DNA from: Azolla caroliniana
Taxonomy: Eukaryota > Plantae > Polypodiophyta
Length of the DNA: 64,000 bases
Direction: 5' to 3'
Assembly (NCBI GenBank): GCA_043228905.1
Contig: JBHGNT010000002.1
Coordinates: 434,001-498,000, forward strand
The stretch's first letter is position 1, and the number at the start of each line of letters is the position of its first letter. Made by a program: the position numbers and the translations under genes. Below the pieces are notes generated by a model. The model was not told the DNA's origin. It saw nothing but the letters and a program-made list of their open reading frames with translations, and ran no database searches. Below, piece by piece: positions 61,970 to 64,000 of the stretch.

Positions 61970-64000
61970 TCATTCTTCTCTTAAAACCTCAATTCCATCT
62001 GCCTCTGTGTGCATCGCAGCTGCCACATATATATTTTCCATACCAACATATGCAACACCACACTTTGCATCCAATTGTAGTGCTTGCTCAAATGCCCATC
62101 TCCCAAGCTTCACGTTCCTCCATTTTCCACACGCACCCAATACTGACAAGAATAGGGGAAGATAGCCTGAATATGATGCTTTGTCAAGCAAGGTGTTCAC
62201 CTTGTTGAAGCATCCTGAACGACCAAATAGATCTATCATACAAGTGTAGTGTTCTAATGCTGGTGCGAGATGGTAAACACCACACATTTCATTAAACAGA
62301 TTGTCCCCTTCTTTTAATAGACCAGCATGACTACATGCAGATAGCATAACAACAAACGTGACCAAATTTGGTGATATACCATCCATCCTCGCTTTTCTAT
62401 ACAGGTGCAAAACCACATCAGCTTGACCTAATTGGGCATATCCAGCCATTAGGGCATTCCAAGGCACAAGATTCCGCACAGGAAGCTGTTCAAAAGTTTC
62501 TTGTGCTTTCTCCAAGGCTCCACATCTGCAATACATGTCCACCAATGCAGTGCTGAGCACCACGTCTTTGAATAATAAACCTTTCTTCCTAATTTCAGCA
62601 TCTATATCTTCCCCTATTTGCAGAGACCCAACAATGCCACAGGCTTTCAAAACACATATGTAAGTCACAGCATCCAGAGAGATTCCCCTAGTTTTCATTT
62701 CTCTGAAACATTCCAATGCTTCATCGCTGAAGCCAGATTGACAATACCCAGTGATTATGGTATTCCAAGACACAACATCCTGCATTGGAATCTGCTCAAA
62801 TACTTCTCGCGCTTTCTCCAACATGCCACACTTGAAATACATGTCCACCAGTGTATTTCCAAGCACGACATCTTTCTGCAACAACCCTTGCTCGCTAACC
62901 TTAACATGGATATCTTCACCAATCTTTAGAGCCCCTATTGTGCCACATGCTTTCAACGCACATATATAAGTAACCGTATTCGGATGGATATTTTCATCTT
63001 CCATTTGTTTGAAATATTTCAATACTTGATCACCAAGTCCTCGTTGGGCATATCCAGTGACTAGGGCATTCCAAGCCACAATGTCCTTCCTCGGCAGTTG
63101 TTCAAATACTTCTTGTGCTTTTGTCAAGGCACCACACTTGCAATACATATCCACCAATGCAGTTCCAAGCACAATGTCCTGCAACAATCCTTGTTGCCTG
63201 ATCTTAGCATCTATATCTTCCCCAATCTCTAGAAACCCTGCATTACCACAAGCTTTCAAAATACATATGTATGTCACCGCTTGTGGACTAACTCCTTCAT
63301 CTAGCATCTTTCTGAAACATTTCAATGCTTCATCATTGAACCCAGCTTGAACATATCCACCAATCAGAGCATTCCACGTCACAACATCTCGCACTGGAAG
63401 CTGCTCGAAAACTTCTTGTGCTTTGTCCAATTCACAACATTTGCAATACATGTCCACCAATGCAGTGCCAAGCACAAGCTCTTTCTGTAGTAAACCTTTC
63501 TTTCTAACTTCAGCATGTATATGTTCCCCTATTTGTAGAGACCCTACTAAGGCACAAGCTTTTAGAATGCTAATATAAGTTACCTCATTAGGAAAAACTC
63601 CCTCATCTTTCATCTTTGTGAAGCATTTGATTGCCTCATCCGCAAGTCCATGTTGGGTATATCCAGTGATGAGGACATTCCAAGTCACAATATTGCACGT
63701 GGGAAGCTGTTCAAAAACTTCTCGTGCTTTCTTCAAAGCACCACATTTGGAATACATGTCAACCAACGCAGTTCCGAGTACGACAGATTTCTGCAATAAC
63801 CCTTGCTTTCTAACCTCAACATGTATATCTTTCCCTACCTCTAGAGACCCAACTATCCCACATGCTTTCAAAACGCATATATAAGTTACCACGTCAGGAC
63901 AAACACATTCATTTTGCATCTTTCTAAACCATTTTAATGCTTCATTACCGAACCCATGTTGGGTATATCCTGTTATAAGAGCATTCCAAGAGACTACATT
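61970..64000 (-). CDS. Second PLS-E PPR protein, paralog of 38560-41835; 5' end lies outside the window
   Basis: Frame open to the window edge (NVVSWNALITGY...). Same triplet consensus, with MLSACSHAG, LEHYTCMIDLFGRSG and YVGMENIY. No DYW domain. Confidence 0.93.
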   Translation of the reverse strand, partial: NVVSWNALITGYTQHGFGNEALKWFRKMQNECVCPDVVTYICVLKACGIVGSLEVGKDIHVEVRKQGLLQKSVVLGTALVDMYSKCGALKKAREVFEQLPTCNIVTWNVLITGYTQHGLADEAIKCFTKMKDEGVFPNEVTYISILKACALVGSLQIGEHIHAEVRKKGLLQKELVLGTALVDMYCKCCELDKAQEVFEQLPVRDVVTWNALIGGYVQAGFNDEALKCFRKMLDEGVSPQAVTYICILKACGNAGFLEIGEDIDAKIRQQGLLQDIVLGTALVDMYCKCGALTKAQEVFEQLPRKDIVAWNALVTGYAQRGLGDQVLKYFKQMEDENIHPNTVTYICALKACGTIGALKIGEDIHVKVSEQGLLQKDVVLGNTLVDMYFKCGMLEKAREVFEQIPMQDVVSWNTIITGYCQSGFSDEALECFREMKTRGISLDAVTYICVLKACGIVGSLQIGEDIDAEIRKKGLLFKDVVLSTALVDMYCRCGALEKAQETFEQLPVRNLVPWNALMAGYAQLGQADVVLHLYRKARMDGISPNLVTFVVMLSACSHAGLLKEGDNLFNEMCGVYHLAPALEHYTCMIDLFGRSGCFNKVNTLLDKASYSGYLPLFLSVLGACGKWRNVKLGRWAFEQALQLDAKCGVAYVGMENIYVAAAMHTEADGIEVLREE

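Overview
Eukaryotic, intron-rich, repeat-rich plant genomic DNA. The PLS-PPR style, Tcn1-like chromovirus and (GA)n/(TACA)n microsatellites suggest a non-seed plant such as a fern; this is inference. Host genes: an intronless SDR (+), a 15-exon RBOH NADPH oxidase (-), a 7-exon five-CCCH zinc-finger gene (+) with a decayed Copia element in its 8.6-kb first intron, and two PLS-E PPR genes (-) lacking a DYW domain. The most informative part is 42.1-59.9 kb. It holds a 13.85-kb Mutator-like element with long TIRs and a 9-bp TSD, inserted in a (TACA)n microsatellite, carrying a spliced C2H2-finger/Ulp1-protease gene and a multi-zinc-domain DDE transposase. The transposase is interrupted after codon 30 by an intact Gypsy chromovirus with identical LTRs, a Tf1-type self-priming signature and a -1 gag-pol slippery site. 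A deleted relative of the MULE follows, with the same asymmetric termini and microsatellite target. Decayed LINE and CACTA remnants fill intergenic and intronic space. All calls were made by eye, with no database searches.
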